NCBI GenBank assembly: GCA_964636285.1
Contig: CAZWQF010000001.1
Location: 7,048-71,047 of the forward strand
From: an uncultured Candidatus Saccharibacteria bacterium
GTDB taxonomy: Bacteria; Patescibacteriota; WWE3; UBA101185; 2-01-FULL-41-18
DNA length: 64,000 nucleotides
Direction of reading: 5' to 3'
Positions 18,872 to 28,988 of the stretch are shown piece by piece. The notes beneath the pieces were generated by a model, which worked only from the letters and a program-made list of their open reading frames with translations, was not told the origin of the DNA and made no database searches. The first letter of the stretch is position 1. The number at the start of each line of letters is the position of its first letter. Both the position numbers and the translations under genes were made by a program.

Positions 18872-18945
18872 CCGGGGAGGGCGCCCGAACGACCGCCCGC
18901 AGACCCGTAAGGGTCGAGGACAGGGAGGAAGGGTGCCCTCCCTGT
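18872..18945. repeat. GC-rich structured intergenic repeat, copy A (inverted partner at 34437-34503)
   Basis: Core 'cgaacgaccgcccgcagacccgtaagggtcgaggacagggagg' matches reverse complement of 34437-34503 with about 3 mismatches; lies at a convergent gene junction. Confidence 0.7.
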
Positions 18946-18950
18946 GCTAG

Positions 18951-19340
18951 TTACATGTTGTACTTTTCCATCAAGGCGTAAGCTTCTTCGTCTGAAAGGC
19001 CAAGCTTCTTTGTGTCAGCGCTTGAGGGCAAGTACCTGTACTTTTTCATATCAACATGAAAAGTATTTGTGTCCTTACTAGTTGAGACGAATACTCCTTC
19101 GGATTCTAAAAGCTTTTTTTGAAGTTCTTGAGGACATTCTGGATTTTTAATGCTGATCATTCCGGCGTTGTTCAAAACTCTCCACCAAGGAATCTCCTCA
19201 CCAGAAGAAAATAAAAACCAGCCTACTTGCCTTGCAGCTCTTGGCACACCTGCCATAAATGCAACTTGGCTGTAGCTAACAACTCTTCCTTTTGGAACGC
19301 TTTTTATAATTCTAAAAATACTATTTTTAAATTCTGACAC
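18951..19340 (-). CDS. alkyltransferase-like (ATL) protein of the MGMT/Ogt DNA-binding family lacking the catalytic Cys
   Basis: VPKGRVVSYSQVAFMAGVPRAARQVG helix-turn-helix block of MGMT family; active-site PCHRV replaced by PWWRV as in Atl proteins. Confidence 0.65.
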   Translation of the reverse strand: MSEFKNSIFRIIKSVPKGRVVSYSQVAFMAGVPRAARQVGWFLFSSGEEIPWWRVLNNAGMISIKNPECPQELQKKLLESEGVFVSTSKDTNTFHVDMKKYRYLPSSADTKKLGLSDEEAYALMEKYNM

Positions 19341-19352
19341 AGGGGGATTTTA

Positions 19353-20336
19353 TCAAAGATCCAGAATAAAATATGCAATCGCAAAATATACACCAAGGCT
19401 TGTTAGATCCTGAATAATTGTTGCTAATGGCCCTGTTCCAAGAGCCGGATCTTTTCCAAATTTTTTAAAGAGGGTTGGGATTATAATTGCAACGGGCGAA
19501 GCTACTGCAAAGTTAATTACCATTGTTAAAGCAAGTATAGTAGCAACTTCTGTACTTCCCTTCCAAAAATATACTATGGTTCCAAGAGAGAGTCCTACGA
19601 TAGTTCCAAGAATAGTGGTTGAGCTAAGGTCTTTAAATATATATTCCAAAAAGTTGAACCTGTCTTTGATTGCCATTGTCCTGATAAATAAAGTTTCGCT
19701 TTGAACATTAACAGCCCCTCCAAGATACACAACCGAAGGGATAAACAGTGCAAGAATAATGTTTTTTTGGAGGTCTCCCTCAAACATATGCAGGAAAGTA
19801 GCTGATAGCATTCCTCCAAGAAGGCCCACAATTAACCATGGAATCCTTGCTTTTACGGCATTAAATACGGATCCAGAAAGAACAAGGTCATATATTTTTT
19901 CATGAGAAAGTCCTGCATGCCTTACTGTTTTTGCAGAGTAAAGTTGGCCTACCAGCTTTAGAAGAGATTCGGCGCTAATTATTCCAACAAGCCTTTTTTG
20001 CTCGTCTACAACTGGAATATCGGTAATATCGTGGTGGATTGCCAGCGCAACAGCCCTGTCTACCGGTGAGTTTTCAAACACATACTTAATATCTATTTCC
20101 ATTTTGTCAGTTACCTTTTGACTGTAATCAAGTTCAAGAAGCTCTTGAAGTGACATCACTCCAACCAGTTTTTTGTCCGAATCAGTAAAGTAAATATGGT
20201 TTAGTTTTCTATAGTTTTCTGGGTGTTTAACAAGGTGCTCTTCAATGTTTTGAACAGGTTCATTAATCAAAAAAGTTGGAATTCCCGCAGTGATAAAATT
20301 TTTGCTAGGAGTAACATTTAGGCCGACAGTACCCAT
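19353..20336 (-). CDS. mgtE: magnesium transporter MgtE-like (CBS pair + MgtE TM domain)
   Basis: Tandem CBS motifs followed by 5-TM MgtE-type domain. Confidence 0.7.
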   Translation of the reverse strand: MGTVGLNVTPSKNFITAGIPTFLINEPVQNIEEHLVKHPENYRKLNHIYFTDSDKKLVGVMSLQELLELDYSQKVTDKMEIDIKYVFENSPVDRAVALAIHHDITDIPVVDEQKRLVGIISAESLLKLVGQLYSAKTVRHAGLSHEKIYDLVLSGSVFNAVKARIPWLIVGLLGGMLSATFLHMFEGDLQKNIILALFIPSVVYLGGAVNVQSETLFIRTMAIKDRFNFLEYIFKDLSSTTILGTIVGLSLGTIVYFWKGSTEVATILALTMVINFAVASPVAIIIPTLFKKFGKDPALGTGPLATIIQDLTSLGVYFAIAYFILDL

Positions 20337-20445
20337 TCACTTATTATAGGCGAAAAGGCGCATATGTCCTAGCCTTCCTGAGGCCTGCTAATTTGAGAGT
20401 GCCTGTGGTAGGTGATAAACTACGGATTACGAGAGTAAAAAATGT

Positions 20446-20535
20446 GGAGGGGTAGCCAAGCGGTCATACGGCGGCGCTCTCGAAAAGCGTTTGGGGGCAA
20501 CTCCAACGCGGGTTCGAATCCCGCCCCCTCCGCCA
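20446..20535 (+). tRNA. tRNA-Ser (anticodon CGA), long variable arm
   Basis: Acceptor ggagggg/cccctcc, anticodon stem gcgct/agcgt loop ctCGAaa, long variable arm, T-loop ttcgaat, CCA. Confidence 0.8.
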
Positions 20536-20541
20536 AAAAAT

Positions 20542-21150
20542 ATGAATTTAGAAAAAGAAGTTATAGGCGAAATAAATAAAGACATTTTTACTTCAAAGAA
20601 ATCAGAATTTATAAACAAATTTGGTAACCCTGTGATAAAAAGGAGGTTGGGCATGATGGTTTTTGATAGAAATAATCCCCAAGTGGATACAAGAGTAAGA
20701 GTTACGAACGGCAAAGCTGAGATCATGCAAAAAGTTATCCAGTCTGACGACGGTCATGGGCACTCCGAAAAATTAGAAATTTCAATAAAAATACCAGATA
20801 ACGTAGAAGCGGCTTTTGATGCATTCAAAACATACAGAAATTTACTGGCTAAAAATTACAGTGAAAAACTAATTCTTCTTTTAGTTCAGACAGAAAACTT
20901 TATTTGGTCAACAAAAGATTTTGAATTAAAACTGAGTTATCAATTTGGGAAAAATGATTATTTCACTTTTGAAATAGAAGCATTGTCTGAAGGTTGTGAT
21001 GTAAGGGAGACTCAGAAAAGTCTAGGCTTAGCCCCAATTGAAAACCACGCTAGCCCTGAGAGAAAAATCTTTAGAGCAACCCAGGTTGATCTAGATGCAA
21101 GTAAAATGTCTGACCAAGAAGTTAAAGCAGTGATCGGACACTATTTTTAA
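20542..21150 (+). CDS. hypothetical protein (start moved to MNLEKEV downstream of tRNA)
   Basis: ORF; track start at 20491 overlaps tRNA-Ser and is unlikely. Confidence 0.4.
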   Translation: MNLEKEVIGEINKDIFTSKKSEFINKFGNPVIKRRLGMMVFDRNNPQVDTRVRVTNGKAEIMQKVIQSDDGHGHSEKLEISIKIPDNVEAAFDAFKTYRNLLAKNYSEKLILLLVQTENFIWSTKDFELKLSYQFGKNDYFTFEIEALSEGCDVRETQKSLGLAPIENHASPERKIFRATQVDLDASKMSDQEVKAVIGHYF

Positions 21151-21917
21151 TGACAGCCTTAATCACAGGGTCCTCATCAGGAATAGGATTAGAACTTGCC
21201 AAAATCCACGCATCAAAAGGCGGGGATCTTGTTCTTGTTTCGCGGGATATTAACTCCTTAAACTTACTCAAAGCTCAGCTAGAATCAGACTTCAAAGTCA
21301 AAGTTTATGTTTTGGAGAAAGATCTTTGTGTCCCCAATTCGGCTTTGGATGTTTTTAATTTCACACAGCAAAACAATCTGCAAATTGACTACCTGATCAA
21401 CAACGCTGGGTTTGGCCTCTACGGACTTTTCAAAGACACCGAATGGGAAAAGGAATCTCAAATGATAAACCTAAACATGCTTACCTTAACTCACCTCACA
21501 AAGCTATACCTTCCTCAAATGATAAACAGAAAATCAGGAAAAATAATGAACGTTGCATCAACTGCGGCTTTTCAGCCCGGGCCTCTTATGTCAGTTTATT
21601 ATGCTACAAAAGCTTATGTTCTAAGTTTCTCTCAGGCTCTTGCAAACGAAGTTAAAGAATACGGAATTACCGTTACGGCACTTTGTCCTGGTGCAACACA
21701 AAGCAATTTTCAAAAAGTTTCAGGGATGGATAAAAGCGGACTTGTGAGAGGCAAAAAACTTCCAACCTCAAAAGAAGTTGCTGAGTTTGGATATAGCGCA
21801 ATGCTAAGAGGAGATCTGATTGCTACACATGGGTTAAAAAATAAAATAATGACAGTCTTGGTTAGGTTTGTCCCTAATAGCATTTTACTATCAGTCACAA
21901 GAAAAATTCAGTCCTGA
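21150..21917 (+). CDS. SDR-family short-chain dehydrogenase/reductase
   Basis: TGSSSGIG Rossmann motif, NNAG, YxxxK (YYATKAY). Confidence 0.85.
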   Translation: MTALITGSSSGIGLELAKIHASKGGDLVLVSRDINSLNLLKAQLESDFKVKVYVLEKDLCVPNSALDVFNFTQQNNLQIDYLINNAGFGLYGLFKDTEWEKESQMINLNMLTLTHLTKLYLPQMINRKSGKIMNVASTAAFQPGPLMSVYYATKAYVLSFSQALANEVKEYGITVTALCPGATQSNFQKVSGMDKSGLVRGKKLPTSKEVAEFGYSAMLRGDLIATHGLKNKIMTVLVRFVPNSILLSVTRKIQS

Positions 21918-21948
21918 TTTGTCACACGTTATGTGAAATAATGCATGT

Positions 21949-22341
21949 ATGTTCTTTAAGCTTTATTTTATTGCCCTTCCTGTCTTCTTTGCGATCGATC
22001 TTGTTTGGCTTGGGCTTGTTGCAAGTAAGTTTTACAAATCTCAAATAGGATTTTTAATGTCAGAAAATGTGAATTGGCCAGCAGCAATAATTTTTTATCT
22101 ACTGTTTTTGGTTGGACTTGTTGTTTTTGTAATAGCGCCTTCAGTTGAGAAAAATTCTCTGAGCCACGCCCTCATATACGGTGCTTTCTTTGGTCTTGTA
22201 ACTTACGCTACTTATGATCTTACTAACTTAGCTACCATCAAGAACTGGCCAGTTCTAGTGACTATAATTGATTTAATTTGGGGCGCAACGCTTTCTGCTT
22301 TAGTTTCCGTAGCAACATTTTTTATAGCCTCTAAACTTTGA
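21949..22341 (+). CDS. small polytopic membrane protein (DUF2177-like)
   Basis: 130 aa, 4 predicted TM helices. Confidence 0.4.
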   Translation: MFFKLYFIALPVFFAIDLVWLGLVASKFYKSQIGFLMSENVNWPAAIIFYLLFLVGLVVFVIAPSVEKNSLSHALIYGAFFGLVTYATYDLTNLATIKNWPVLVTIIDLIWGATLSALVSVATFFIASKL

Positions 22342-23123
22342 TGCACTACTTATATTTGGCCTTAATTCTTTTTATTTACATGAATCTTTGGTTTGTGTTC
22401 TCAGTTGTTAAACGCAGAAATGACTACGCAGACGTAGCCTGGGGTCTTGGGTTTGTTTTGATGGTTTGGTCCTCATATTTGTTCGGTTTAAAAGGTGCTG
22501 AAGATTTTTACATTCAAGGGCTTATAGCCTGCCTTTTGGTTACTTTATGGGGATTGAGGCTCTCATTACACATCTTCAAAAGAAACAAAAATAAGCAGGA
22601 GGATTACAGGTATAAAGCGTGGAGAGATTCGTGGGGGAGTCTGTTTTATCCAAGATCCTATCTTCAAATTTATATGCTTCAAGGCGCGTTTTTGTACTTA
22701 ATAAGTTTGTCCTTTATTTATATAAACTTAAACCCACTTAATAACGGGTTGTTAATCACCGATTTTTTGGGGCTGGCAATCTGGATTATAGGTTTTTACT
22801 TTGAAAGTACTTCAGATGCTCAGTTATCAAAATTTATAGCTAATCCAGAAAATAAAGGACGGGTAATGAAAAGTGGCTTGTGGCGGTATTCCAGGCATCC
22901 AAATTATTTTGGAGAGGTGACAATGTGGTGGGGACTATACGCGCTCAGTCTGTCTACAGGGTTTTGGCCTATTATTTTGGTTAGCCCGTTAACAATATCA
23001 TTCCTGATACTGTTTGTTTCGGGTGTTCCGCTTTTAGAAAAGAAGTACCAAGGCAATCCTGAGTTTGAGGAGTATAAAAGAGTCACTAGTGTATTTTTTC
23101 CTCGTCCACCAAAGAAAATGTAA
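22338..23123 (+). CDS. DUF1295 membrane protein (steroid 5-alpha-reductase/ICMT-like fold)
   Basis: GLWRYSRHPNYFGEVTMWWG C-terminal signature. Confidence 0.65.
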   Translation: MMHYLYLALILFIYMNLWFVFSVVKRRNDYADVAWGLGFVLMVWSSYLFGLKGAEDFYIQGLIACLLVTLWGLRLSLHIFKRNKNKQEDYRYKAWRDSWGSLFYPRSYLQIYMLQGAFLYLISLSFIYINLNPLNNGLLITDFLGLAIWIIGFYFESTSDAQLSKFIANPENKGRVMKSGLWRYSRHPNYFGEVTMWWGLYALSLSTGFWPIILVSPLTISFLILFVSGVPLLEKKYQGNPEFEEYKRVTSVFFPRPPKKM

Positions 23124-23269
23124 TTTCTCTATAAATAAATTTTAGAGTATCATAGCAATATGAAGTTCTTGAGAGACATGGATTCAACAACACTGATTCT
23201 TATTCTACTTGGCGTAATTACCGTACTTGGTTTAACCGTCTTTTACTTTAACGGAATTCCAAAATAATA

Positions 23270-23944
23270 GTGGGAATATTAGATAGTCTAAATAATTCGT
23301 ACATTCAAGCAAAGAAAAATGCATCAGAGATTCTTAAAAAAAGAATGGCTAAAGTTCCTTTTGTTGAAGAGGTGCTTAAATTGCCTTCCAGAGTTCCTCC
23401 ACATCAGAGAGCTGTAAATGCAATGGTTGCAATGCCTCCTGTTGTAAATTCGTATCCTCACATAGAAAAAAACGAATGGGCTTTAAAGCTCTACGGAGAG
23501 GTAGCGCATGAGAAGCAAATTAACTGGGAAGAATTCACAAAGCTACCAATAAAAGACTACACAGTGGATTTTCACTGTGTCACTTCTTGGTCAAAGCTTG
23601 ATCAGAAATTTTCAGGGGTGGATCTCAAAAGTTTATTTGACCTTTGCTCACCTACTGAAAAAGCTAAATATGTAATTTTTGAGTGTATAGAAGGCTACAC
23701 AACCAACATTCCTTACCAAGAACTCAAAAATAATGTGGGGTTTGTTGCAATAAAAATGGACGGCGCAGATATACCTGACAATTTTGGAGGTCCAGCAAGA
23801 GCCGTAGTTCCTCATTTATATGGATGGAAAAGTGCAAAGCATCTTAAGGCAATTAGATTTTCTGAAAAAGATGAACCTGGCTTTTGGGAAATAAGAGGGT
23901 ACAACAATCACGGAGACCCATGGAAAGAAGAGCGTTACAACTAA
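23270..23944 (+). CDS. molybdopterin-binding oxidoreductase-like protein (sulfite oxidase/MsrP family domain)
   Basis: DFHCVTSWSK motif and overall sulfite-oxidase-family Moco domain pattern. Confidence 0.55.
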   Translation: MGILDSLNNSYIQAKKNASEILKKRMAKVPFVEEVLKLPSRVPPHQRAVNAMVAMPPVVNSYPHIEKNEWALKLYGEVAHEKQINWEEFTKLPIKDYTVDFHCVTSWSKLDQKFSGVDLKSLFDLCSPTEKAKYVIFECIEGYTTNIPYQELKNNVGFVAIKMDGADIPDNFGGPARAVVPHLYGWKSAKHLKAIRFSEKDEPGFWEIRGYNNHGDPWKEERYN

Positions 23945-23947
23945 TTT

Positions 23948-24466
23948 TTATCTTCCAAGCAATGCTTCAAACGCTACTATAGCGGCACTCACATGCACAT
24001 TTAGCGAATAATTTTTTCCAAACATTGGAATATAAACCGCCCCGTCACATTTTGAAAGAACTTGAGGAAAAATACCCTTAAATTCGTTGCCAAGAACAAA
24101 GCATGTTTTTTCTGGATATTTAAATTGATTAAATGGAACTGCCCCTTGGCAAATCTCAAGAGCTATTAGGCTGTAACCTTCTGATTTTATGTATTCAAGA
24201 GCATCTTCTATTCGAATAAATTTTCTGAATTTAACTCTGTTTTCTTGCCCTGCCGCAGTTTGTAAAACATCCGGGTCAGGAGGAGTTGGCGTATTTCCTG
24301 TCAAAACAAGATCCGCTTGGCAAGCTTCTGCAAGCCTGATCATGGATCCAACGTTTGAAGCGTTCTGAAAATTTTGAAGCAAAAACATAACCTTCACTTT
24401 TGGTGGGTTCTTTTCTACAAAATTCTCATAAAGCCTTTTTATTGGGACATGCTTCATTGGTCTCAT
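23948..24466 (-). CDS. SpoU/TrmH-family RNA 2'-O-methyltransferase
   Basis: SPOUT motifs: LVLGNEFKGI and SLNVHVSAAIV. Confidence 0.75.
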   Translation of the reverse strand: MRPMKHVPIKRLYENFVEKNPPKVKVMFLLQNFQNASNVGSMIRLAEACQADLVLTGNTPTPPDPDVLQTAAGQENRVKFRKFIRIEDALEYIKSEGYSLIALEICQGAVPFNQFKYPEKTCFVLGNEFKGIFPQVLSKCDGAVYIPMFGKNYSLNVHVSAAIVAFEALLGR

Positions 24467-24503
24467 TGATGGTTATTTTAACTTAAATTTGTATAATTAG
24501 CCC

Positions 24504-25070
24504 ATGAAGAGAATTTACCTATTTAGACATGGTAGCGCATACAACAATAACGAATGTCAGGAGGCAAGTTATTCATTAAATAAAAGTGGGGTAACTCATG
24601 CGGAGGCTCTAGCTGAAAGGTTTAAGCATAACAAAGTTGGCCAAGTTTTTTGTTCTTCACTTGAGAGGGCAAAGGACACTTGCGAAGTGTTTTTAAAGCA
24701 TCACCATGGGAAAAAGCCGGTCATGGATTATAGGCTTAGGGAAGTTCTGGATGAAAAATGTTTTTATAGACACGAAGGGCTTGTTACAAGAATCCACGAA
24801 TTTGATTCAATTAGAAGTGCAGTTTATAAGACTCTTTTATCAATAATTCATGATTCAGACGAAGGGGATGTATACATTTTTACTCATGGGCACTGGATCA
24901 TGTTTGCTGTAATGGCAGTTTTGAAGTCCGATCCTAGGGCATTTTTTAACATGAAGGTGGATTTTGCTTCGGTGACGGTTCTTGAAGCAAATGATGAGGG
25001 AAATATTGACCTTGTGCTCTTTAACGATTGCAGTCATACAAAAGGTTTAGAACATGGGTGCAGCCTTTAG
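24504..25070 (+). CDS. histidine phosphatase family protein (phosphoglycerate mutase-like)
   Basis: RHG catalytic motif at N-terminus (YLFRHGSA). Confidence 0.7.
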   Translation: MKRIYLFRHGSAYNNNECQEASYSLNKSGVTHAEALAERFKHNKVGQVFCSSLERAKDTCEVFLKHHHGKKPVMDYRLREVLDEKCFYRHEGLVTRIHEFDSIRSAVYKTLLSIIHDSDEGDVYIFTHGHWIMFAVMAVLKSDPRAFFNMKVDFASVTVLEANDEGNIDLVLFNDCSHTKGLEHGCSL

Positions 25071-25126
25071 TAAGTCTGCTATAATCGAGCAGTTAAGTGC
25101 CTTGCTGAAACAGTAAGGAAAAATAT

Positions 25127-25216
25127 GGAGGGGTCGCATAGTGGCCTAGTGCGCAAACCTGGAAAGTTTGTTGGGGTGTAAGCTCCTCGCGGGTTCAAAT
25201 CCCGCCCCCTCCGCCA
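25127..25216 (+). tRNA. tRNA-Ser (anticodon GGA), long variable arm
   Basis: Acceptor ggagggg/cccctcc, anticodon stem caaac/gtttg loop ctGGAaa, long variable arm, T-loop ttcaaat, CCA. Confidence 0.8.
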
Positions 25217-25241
25217 AAAATTGGATTAATATTTTGATCTA

Positions 25242-25583
25242 CTAAATCTTTAAACCTTCAGATACTAGATTATCAAAATAAAATTTTGCTTTTGAACTAT
25301 TTTCTGGAACTTTACTTTTCACTTCTTTGAGCTTTGAAAATATTGATTCCTCCATTTGATAGAGTTCTTTTTGGAATTCAGAAGCAGGTTCTCTTAATTC
25401 TGTAAAAGCCTCACCTCTAATAAGCCTGAAAAATTCGTACATTATTACAAGTTTTGGGTATAAAATTTCAATATCTTTATCTGTTGCGGTATCTAGTTCT
25501 GCATTTATCAAACTGTAAATATCCTTGCTTAACTCCTGGTATTTTTTGGCGTCAATAATATAGTTCATTGAATAATTATACAT
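25242..25583 (-). CDS. hypothetical protein (113 aa)
   Basis: ORF only. Confidence 0.35.
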   Translation of the reverse strand: MYNYSMNYIIDAKKYQELSKDIYSLINAELDTATDKDIEILYPKLVIMYEFFRLIRGEAFTELREPASEFQKELYQMEESIFSKLKEVKSKVPENSSKAKFYFDNLVSEGLKI

Positions 25584-25644
25584 CAGGGGATTACCACCTC
25601 ATTTTTGGGTTAGATGCTTGAGCAGGACTCAAAATTTATAAGAA

Positions 25645-26815
25645 TTGTTGTTGACTATTATATTAGCATTTGCTAATTTATTATCTATTATGAAAAACAA
25701 AAATAATTTTAATCCATTAGTTTTCTTATCCTCCTTAGGTGCTGGAGGCATTGCAGTGATGCCGTTTGTATTATTTCAATACACGGTAAGACATGGAGAG
25801 GGTTTAATAACTCGCTCACAGTTATGGTCAGGGGGGTTCAAGTAGTGTCTTTGGCATTTACTATCTGGTTATGGAGGGTATCATGGTGGTGTTTTCGCTT
25901 TTACATGTTGTTATAACCCTTATTTATTCTGGTGGCTTGTTGAAATGGGTGGGTACCCCTGACTTTAAAGATTTTATTAGAAACCCACTTAAGAACTCTG
26001 CAATTCTAGCTCCGTTAGTATCTCTATTAATGACAATGAACTTATTCATAGGGCCTATTAGATATTTTGTTTCAGCCTTATCAGCTAACTTTCAAAGTTT
26101 GTTTTTGCCTGCCTTTAGCATTTGGTTTGTTCTATTTATGACAGCACTTCTATTAGAAGTGAAGCTTCTGAAAACATCTTTTGAAGAAGGTTTTAATATT
26201 TCAGAAATGCATTTTGGATGGTTACTTCGCCCATTTTTATTGAGTATGTTATCAACAGTTGGTACGGGCATTGCAGCTATGAGTAAAGACTCAAGTATAG
26301 CTAATGCAGCTGCGTTTCTGTCCATGGTTTCCTTCACAGCGGGAATCTTTCTTTTTATCGTTCAGCTGGTCATATTATTTAAAAATTATCTTACCGCTCA
26401 TGGTCTTCCTGAGAGTAGCTCGCAGCCCAGTTTCCTTATAGTTATACCAAATATCACGCTCTTTGCTATTAGTGCTTTTAGATTTGGACACTTCTTGGAA
26501 AGGCATCACAGCTTTCATGTGGGTGCGTATTTTTACATAGTCTTAGGTCTAGCTTTTGCCTTTGAGATTTGGTACTTAGTTTTTGGGCTTTCTGTACTGA
26601 GGGGGTATTTTAAAAAATCTCATTTTAAGGAGTTCTATGTTACTCAATGGGGACTAATCTGCCCTTTAGTTGCCTTTGCCGTGCTTGGGTCCTTTGTTTA
26701 CAACGTTGTTCTTCAGTCCCCGATAATTTATGGGGGGATCTTAATTGCTGCGGGTTCAGCTATAGCTTTTTATTTTGAACTTATGTATAAGCAGTTTAGG
26801 TACTATAGGAAGTAG
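25645..26815 (+). CDS. polytopic membrane protein, possibly one gene split by a frameshift (25645-25845 + 25871-26815)
   Basis: Two adjacent same-strand hydrophobic ORFs separated by 25 bp. Confidence 0.35.
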
Positions 26816-26837
26816 CGTTTATATTGTAAGCTAGGTT

Positions 26838-27776
26838 TTACAAAAGAAATCTCTCAAACATAACAAAGGCAATATATGTCATTATGAGAATGGCCGCCTC
26901 AACTTTTCCAAGGCCCCTTCCTTTATAAGAAAAAAACGAAAACAAAGCCAGTGTTCCTATCAAAAAGCCTAGGGAAGAGGTTCCAGCCAAAGTACTAGAA
27001 GAAATTGGGCTTATTATGGAAGTGACTCCAAGCACAAGGGTGGAGTTGGCTATTACGCTCCCTACAATGTTTCCAAGCACCTCATTTTTATGGTGTGTTT
27101 TAATTGCTTTGAGGCCAAAAGCAAGCTCTGGAAGAGACGTACCTATAGCAGTGAGGGTGAGCCCTATTAATATTAGGGGTACATTCGCTAGGATACCTAT
27201 CTGCTCTGCTACTTTTACAATTAAATCCGCAGATGTAAGAAGTAGCACAACTGAAAAAATGAAAATTCCCGTCTCTTTGAGTACATTAGTTCCTCTTATC
27301 TTCTCAATTAACCCTTCTACTGGTGTGCTTCTCCTCAGTACAAGCACCAGGTAAAAAAAGTAACCTAGAATAAGTATTGTGCCATCTAGTCTAGATAGAG
27401 TCCCATCAAGCATAAGAACTAATGGGAGGGTTCCAAAAAACATTGTAAATATTACATCTTTATTCTTAATAATTTCTTTAGTACTTATTGCCCCTCCTAT
27501 TAGAATTGGAATTGAAATTATGATTGTTAAATCTGCAATATTGGATCCCAGAACATTTCCGTACGATAGGGATGGGTTGTTATCCAATGCGGACACTATC
27601 CCTACCATTAGTTCTGGTAGTGACGTTGCAAAGGCAATAACAAGAAAGCTAATAGTGTATTCGGAGATACTAAAATGCCTGGCTAATTTTGAGGATGCCG
27701 CAATCATGAGCTCTGCCGACTTCACAAGAAGTAATGAAAGTACTAATCCAGCTAGTATGTAAGTGAGTATTGTCAT
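26838..27776 (-). CDS. Na+/Ca2+ exchanger (CaCA/YrbG-like) family membrane protein
   Basis: Two alpha-repeat motifs GNVLGSNIADLTIII / G(N)IVGSVIANSTLVLG. Confidence 0.75.
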   Translation of the reverse strand: MTILTYILAGLVLSLLLVKSAELMIAASSKLARHFSISEYTISFLVIAFATSLPELMVGIVSALDNNPSLSYGNVLGSNIADLTIIISIPILIGGAISTKEIIKNKDVIFTMFFGTLPLVLMLDGTLSRLDGTILILGYFFYLVLVLRRSTPVEGLIEKIRGTNVLKETGIFIFSVVLLLTSADLIVKVAEQIGILANVPLILIGLTLTAIGTSLPELAFGLKAIKTHHKNEVLGNIVGSVIANSTLVLGVTSIISPISSSTLAGTSSLGFLIGTLALFSFFSYKGRGLGKVEAAILIMTYIAFVMFERFLL

Positions 27777-28327
27777 CCGGTCCTAAGCCCTACCTTCACA
27801 AGCTCCTCTTCACTTGGTATATCATTAACTCCGTGCCATTCCTTGGTGAACTTTAGGTACCAATTTGGATTTAGTTTTCCAAAAAACAGCAAGTCTTCCA
27901 TGATATCGAATATAAAGTGGCTCGCTACCCCAAATAGAAAAGCTGAGGTTATGTAATGACCTTGATCTAGGTATTTTGCGCCAAACAAAACTGCTAGTAT
28001 TGGAGTGAAAACATTGTGGAGATAGAGTCCTGACAACCCTTTATGGTATTTAGTCATAAAAGAGTATAGATTCTTAACCTTTCTTTTTTTAATGTAGCTT
28101 CTGACTATAGATGAATACGGGCATTTAGCTCCTGTTTTATAATAAAACAAAAAATGCTCTAGGTCAGGAAGTATGGCCCCTAACACACCTGCATATAAAA
28201 GATGCGAATACACGTATAAGTCGGTTTTGAATATTACAATTCCCGCAGCTAACCCTCCAAAAAGTATGTGTAGTGGGATATGAAAGTACTCGCTGAATTT
28301 CCTTGCATATACCAATATCTTTCTCAT
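27773..28327 (-). CDS. hypothetical membrane protein (possibly YdjM-like membrane-bound metal-dependent hydrolase)
   Basis: Hydrophobic, His-containing motifs; weak. Confidence 0.3.
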   Translation of the reverse strand: MRKILVYARKFSEYFHIPLHILFGGLAAGIVIFKTDLYVYSHLLYAGVLGAILPDLEHFLFYYKTGAKCPYSSIVRSYIKKRKVKNLYSFMTKYHKGLSGLYLHNVFTPILAVLFGAKYLDQGHYITSAFLFGVASHFIFDIMEDLLFFGKLNPNWYLKFTKEWHGVNDIPSEEELVKVGLRTG

Positions 28328-28328
28328 A

Positions 28329-28946
28329 ATGATATTCTACCACTTGATGCACAAGCTCAAAAACTATAGTACCAAGATAATCGTGCCTCATCCTCTCCTT
28401 ATCAGATTTCAACGAGCTAAATGTATAAGCGTAGATTTTGATGGGGTTTTAATTAGCCCCTACTCCTGGTCGTACTGGTTCTTTTCAGGGCCCAACATAC
28501 TTCTACCAGAAAGCAAATTTTTTAAACACGTAGAGAGGGCGTTTACCTCTATAACAAGTGGGTTTGGCAGACCTCCTATGGAAGGCTGTTTTCAAAAATT
28601 AACAGAGTTGAAAGACAAAGGGGCCTTTTTATATCTGCTAACCTCAAGAAGGCGTTACATAGAAAAAATGACTTTAAGTTGGTTGGATAGGCATGGCATG
28701 GGCAATTATTTTGACAAATCAATTTTTAACTATAATTCCTTGACTCCTATTGATCATAAGGTATTGTCCCTTAGAAGTAATTCTCAGATTCAAGTTCATG
28801 TTGATGACAGCCTTAAAACTATCCTGGTTTTATCAAAAGAATTTCCGGATAGGTTATTTGTTTGGATTACTGCTGGCTACTCCAATAAAAAGAAAAACCT
28901 GGGAATTAGAAACGTCCTTGAAGTGAACTCTTGGCTTGAGCTTTAA
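28329..28946 (+). CDS. HAD-superfamily hydrolase-like protein
   Basis: ISVDFDGVL (DxDGV-like motif I), ...VHVDDS motif IV-like. Confidence 0.5.
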   Translation: MIFYHLMHKLKNYSTKIIVPHPLLIRFQRAKCISVDFDGVLISPYSWSYWFFSGPNILLPESKFFKHVERAFTSITSGFGRPPMEGCFQKLTELKDKGAFLYLLTSRRRYIEKMTLSWLDRHGMGNYFDKSIFNYNSLTPIDHKVLSLRSNSQIQVHVDDSLKTILVLSKEFPDRLFVWITAGYSNKKKNLGIRNVLEVNSWLEL

Positions 28947-28988
28947 CCTTAGCTTGTTTGTATTTTATATGGGTGGTATATAGATGAT

